From: Candidatus Hermodarchaeota archaeon
GTDB lineage: Archaea; Asgardarchaeota; Lokiarchaeia; Sigyniarchaeales; SOKP01
Reading direction: 5' to 3'
Assembly: GCA_048885925.1 (NCBI GenBank)
Contig: JBHLLG010000007.1
Coordinates: 22,806 to 86,805, forward strand
Length of the DNA: 64,000 nucleotides
The position numbers and the translations under genes are program-made. The notes below the pieces were generated by a model that searched no databases, had not been told where the DNA came from, and saw only the letters and a list, made by a program, of their open reading frames with translations. This document shows, one piece after another, positions 60,994 to 64,000 of this stretch. The first letter of the stretch is position 1. The number at the start of each line of letters is the position of its first letter.

Positions 60994-61371
60994 TTAACGT
61001 TCAATTATTAGTTCTTTTACTATATGCTGAATGACGGTTAATAATTCATGCATCTTGAAAGGTTTATCAAGAAAAGCGCAAGCACCGATCGATAAAGCTT
61101 CTTTCTTTACTGTAATATCAGCACTAGCGAAAATGATTTTCTCATTTTGATTAAGTTTTAATATTTCGATCATAGCAGCAAGTCCATTCTTTATTGGCAT
61201 TCGATGATCCATAAGAATTATATCTGGCTTTATTTTGAAATTTCTATACTTGTCAACAGCATCGTTACCATTTATTGCTGTATCTAATATCTCAAAACCA
61301 GCTTCCTTTAATATTAACGCATAAAGCCTCTGAAGTGACTGATCATCATCAACAATGAAAATTGTAGCCAT
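60994..61371 (-). CDS. Stand-alone response regulator receiver (CheY-like)
   Basis: IVDDD, LMDHRMP..NG, SA, KPF. Confidence 0.92.
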   Translation of the reverse strand: MATIFIVDDDQSLQRLYALILKEAGFEILDTAINGNDAVDKYRNFKIKPDIILMDHRMPIKNGLAAMIEILKLNQNEKIIFASADITVKKEALSIGACAFLDKPFKMHELLTVIQHIVKELIIER

Positions 61372-61681
61372 TTAAAATTTCTCTCAGAACTAATAATCTA
61401 GCAAAAATTATAATTAACTTCTTTCTAACAACCCTTAAACAATATGTATTGTATTAATTAAAATGTAACAAAAAAAAACTATTATTTAAGTTTAAACATA
61501 AAAATAAGAACTGCTTTAAACTTATATAATCTCTAAAAAGAAAATATTTAACTATCTTAAAAGATATAATAAATCTTTATAAAAATAATAAATTCTTTAG
61601 AATATTGAATATTGGATTTATTCTGAAAATTATTGATTACAAATAAGTATAAGTTCATATAGAAAACAAGGGAATGTAGCA

Positions 61682-63433
61682 ATGAATGATTTAATAATAA
61701 AAAATGGCTTAGTATATGACCCATTAAATAATATCGATGGTGAAAAGAAAGAAATTCATATAAAAGATGGTATTATTACAGAGAAAGTAAATAGTGAAGC
61801 TAAAGTCATAGATGCTTCTGGAATGATCGTAATGCCGGGAGGAGTTGATATCCATTCTCATATAGCAGGAACTAAAGTTAATTTAGGACGTTCGTTTCGA
61901 CCAGATGATAAACTCGAGGAATTCAATGAAAAAAGGACTAAAATAACGCGTAGCGGAACCGGGTGGTCTGTACCCTCGACTTGGGTGACAGGTTATCGTT
62001 ATGCTAGATTAGGATATACCACTGTCGTAGAACCCGCAATGCCATTATTAAAAGCTCGTCATACTCATGAAGAGTTTTTAGTTACTCCTATTATCGATAA
62101 AGCAGCTTTTCCATTGTTCGGAAATAATTGGTTTGTTCTAGAATTCGTTAAAAACAAAGAATTTGATAAATTGGCTGCCTATATTGCATGGATCTTAAAA
62201 GTAACAAAAGGATATGCTGTTAAGGTTGTGAATCCAGGTGGTGTTGAGAATTGGGCATGGGGGAAAAATGTTGATAGCCTAGATTCTACAGTTTTTCATT
62301 TCGAAGTTACTCCAAGAGAAATCTTAGAAAATTTAGCAAAAGTTAGCGAATCTCTTGGATTGCCTCACACGATTCACGTTCATGCCAACAATCTTGGACA
62401 TCCTGGAAATAAAAAGCATACGATTGAAACATTTCAAGCGTTAGAAAAAATCAAGGCGAAAAAAGGACGAAATTCGAATATACATTTAACTCATTGCCAA
62501 TTCAACAGCTATAATGGCACAAATTGGGGTGATTTTGAATCTGGAGCTGCTGATATCGCTGAATATTTAAATTCACATAAACATGTCACCATAGATGCTG
62601 GTCAAGTAGTTTTTGGTAAAAGCGCAACCACCACCATGACTGCGGACGGACCTTGGGTTGAAAGCGAATATCTCGCTTAAACAAGAAAGTTCGCTCTGCA
62701 TCATATTGGTGGTACAAGTGAGTGGGGAGTTCGTCCTGGGATAAAATGGATAAACGGGCAAGTGGAAGGTGAATCTGGCTCAGGGATCGTCCCATATTTC
62801 TTTTCACCAAAAGTGGCTGTTAATGCTATACAATGGGCAATCGGCTTAGAGTTAATGCTGTTAACGAAGAATCCGTGGCAGGTCTTCATGACAACCGATC
62901 ATCCTAATGGAGGGCCCTTTACAAGTTATCCACAAATTGTCCGTTGGCTTATGGATAAGAAATCGAGGGATGATGTCCTTCTAAATCAATGTTCCAAGAA
63001 AGCATCGGAGAAATCACAGTTAAAGGATATCGATCGCGAGCTCACATTGAACGAGATTTGTATTGCTACAAGGGCAGGCACAGCAAAATGTTTAGGAATG
63101 ACAGATCGCGGTCATTTAGGCGTTGGGGCAATTGGAGATGTTGCGATTTATAATTTGGATCCAAACAACATGGATGGACACACAATAGAAAAAGCCTTTT
63201 CCTTAGCCACTTACACTATAAAAGACGGTCAAATTGTAGTCAAAGATGGCGAAATTACAGCAACACCGATGGGCACAACTTTATGTGCTGAAGGAAAAGT
63301 TAAAGATAGTACCATGGAAGCAATGCTTGAAGTAGTCAAAACACATTGGCGTGATCACTACAGCATTAATTTTAATAACTATGATATCGGTAACTATTAT
63401 ACTCCAAAACTGAAAATTATGAATGGTACATAA
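61682..63433 (+). CDS. fwdA: Formylmethanofuran dehydrogenase subunit A; join(61682..62657,62688..63433), 573 aa after removal of a 30-nt intron
   Basis: PGGVDIHSHIAG, KVVNPGG, HVHANNLG, TMTADGP, TTDHPNGGPF, TRAGTAK. The two ORF-track pieces are in the same frame and separated by a single TAA inside the insert. Confidence 0.9.
62658..62687 (+). other. Bulge-helix-bulge (archaeal tRNA-type) intron candidate in fwdA mRNA
   Basis: Exon helix CGGAC/GTTCG, central 4-bp helix CTTG/CAAG, 3-nt bulges GGT and AAA, intron hairpin AAGCGA/TCGCTT. Canonical cuts give TGG GAG TTC (W-E-F). Confidence 0.85.
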
Positions 63434-63682
63434 TTTTAATACCTGGATGAAATTGGTGAAATATAACTTTATTAATATTTTTTAAATAATAACCTAAGAA
63501 GTTCAAGATTTAAATACTCCAAAAGTAAAAATAATAAAAGATCAAAATTTTATTAGAACCAATTTGTTTTCCTTTAATTATTTTATCCAATAAAACTATT
63601 ATTGTTTATCCAAGATCTTTTTGGAAATTCTTTTGAACTAATGTTGTTAAAAAAGAGAGAGTTAAATATTAAAAATCTTATA

Positions 63683-64000
63683 CTATACAGCTACAAACTC
63701 AATCGTTAGTTGATTATATAAATCGTTGCTAGGAACTGAAAAGTCATCAGCAGAATCTCCATTAATTTCTATATAATTTGTACCATTACTATATACAAAT
63801 GCAGATGAATCAATAGAATGGTAAAAGCTGTCAATAATTGTTGCTGTCTCATAAAAATCAAGAAAACATTCGGTAACACCATCTTTTAAAATTCTTACCC
63901 TATAACTACTAGAAGGACTGATACCCGCGAGTAGTATAGAGAGGTGAATTCGATACCAACCAGACTTTAATAAAGTAATACGAGTATTACTGTTTGAAAC
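63683..64000 (-). CDS. 3' end of a gene running off the window; beta-rich, possibly C1q/TNF-like domain
   Basis: Open frame of 105 aa (...RITLLKSGWYRIHLS...NQLTIEFVAV*) ending at TAG 63685-63683. Confidence 0.55.
   Translation of the reverse strand, partial: VSNSNTRITLLKSGWYRIHLSILLAGISPSSSYRVRILKDGVTECFLDFYETATIIDSFYHSIDSSAFVYSNGTNYIEINGDSADDFSVPSNDLYNQLTIEFVAV

Noticed and set aside
2175-62889. Antisense or overlapping ORFs in the track (e.g. 2175-2612, 12994-13257, 14298-14522, 20324-20674, 33991-34311, 46206-46658, 60531-60791, 62573-62889)
   Set aside because: They are shadows of well-supported genes and have no recognisable motifs.
61682-63433. fwdA as two genes, a frameshifted gene or a simple pseudogene; or the internal stop as Sec/Pyl
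   Set aside because: Both parts are in one frame, the stop is TAA (not TGA or TAG), ten extra codons accompany it, and BHB-predicted cuts restore the expected sequence exactly.
1-64000. tRNA, rRNA, transposase, integrase or prophage genes
   Set aside because: None recognised by eye; short RNAs could be missed without a covariance search.

Overview
AT-rich archaeal DNA whose gene set points to an Asgard archaeon, probably Lokiarchaeia (inference from a Sec-containing VhuU, LRR/HEAT/TPR proteins, FwdA and Hdr/Mvh). Most of the window is an energy-metabolism region. It carries a group 3c-type [NiFeSe] hydrogenase operon (vhuG-vhuA-vhuU-hdrC-hdrB), hypC/D/E/F and cooC, a System I cytochrome c maturation cluster, two paralogous 'cytochrome b-like + FAD oxidoreductase + Fe-S/CCG' modules, a heme O synthase, two purF genes, mobA and fwdA. 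Four observations stand out. (1) fwdA is interrupted by a 30-nt stop-containing insert (62658-62687) inside a canonical bulge-helix-bulge motif; cutting at the standard sites restores ...GPWEFALHH..., so this is a candidate tRNA-type intron in an mRNA. (2) The ccm cluster is flanked by three homologous exported proteins carrying HxxCH instead of CxxCH, and its CcmE is truncated. (3) An unannotated selenoprotein gene, vhuU, has a eukaryote-like SECIS candidate overlapping its stop codon. (4) A divergent 12-TM heme-copper-oxidase-like protein sits next to heme O synthase, and a ferric-reductase-type cytochrome b is fused to HdrC. All calls come from manual motif reading; no searches or folding programs were run.
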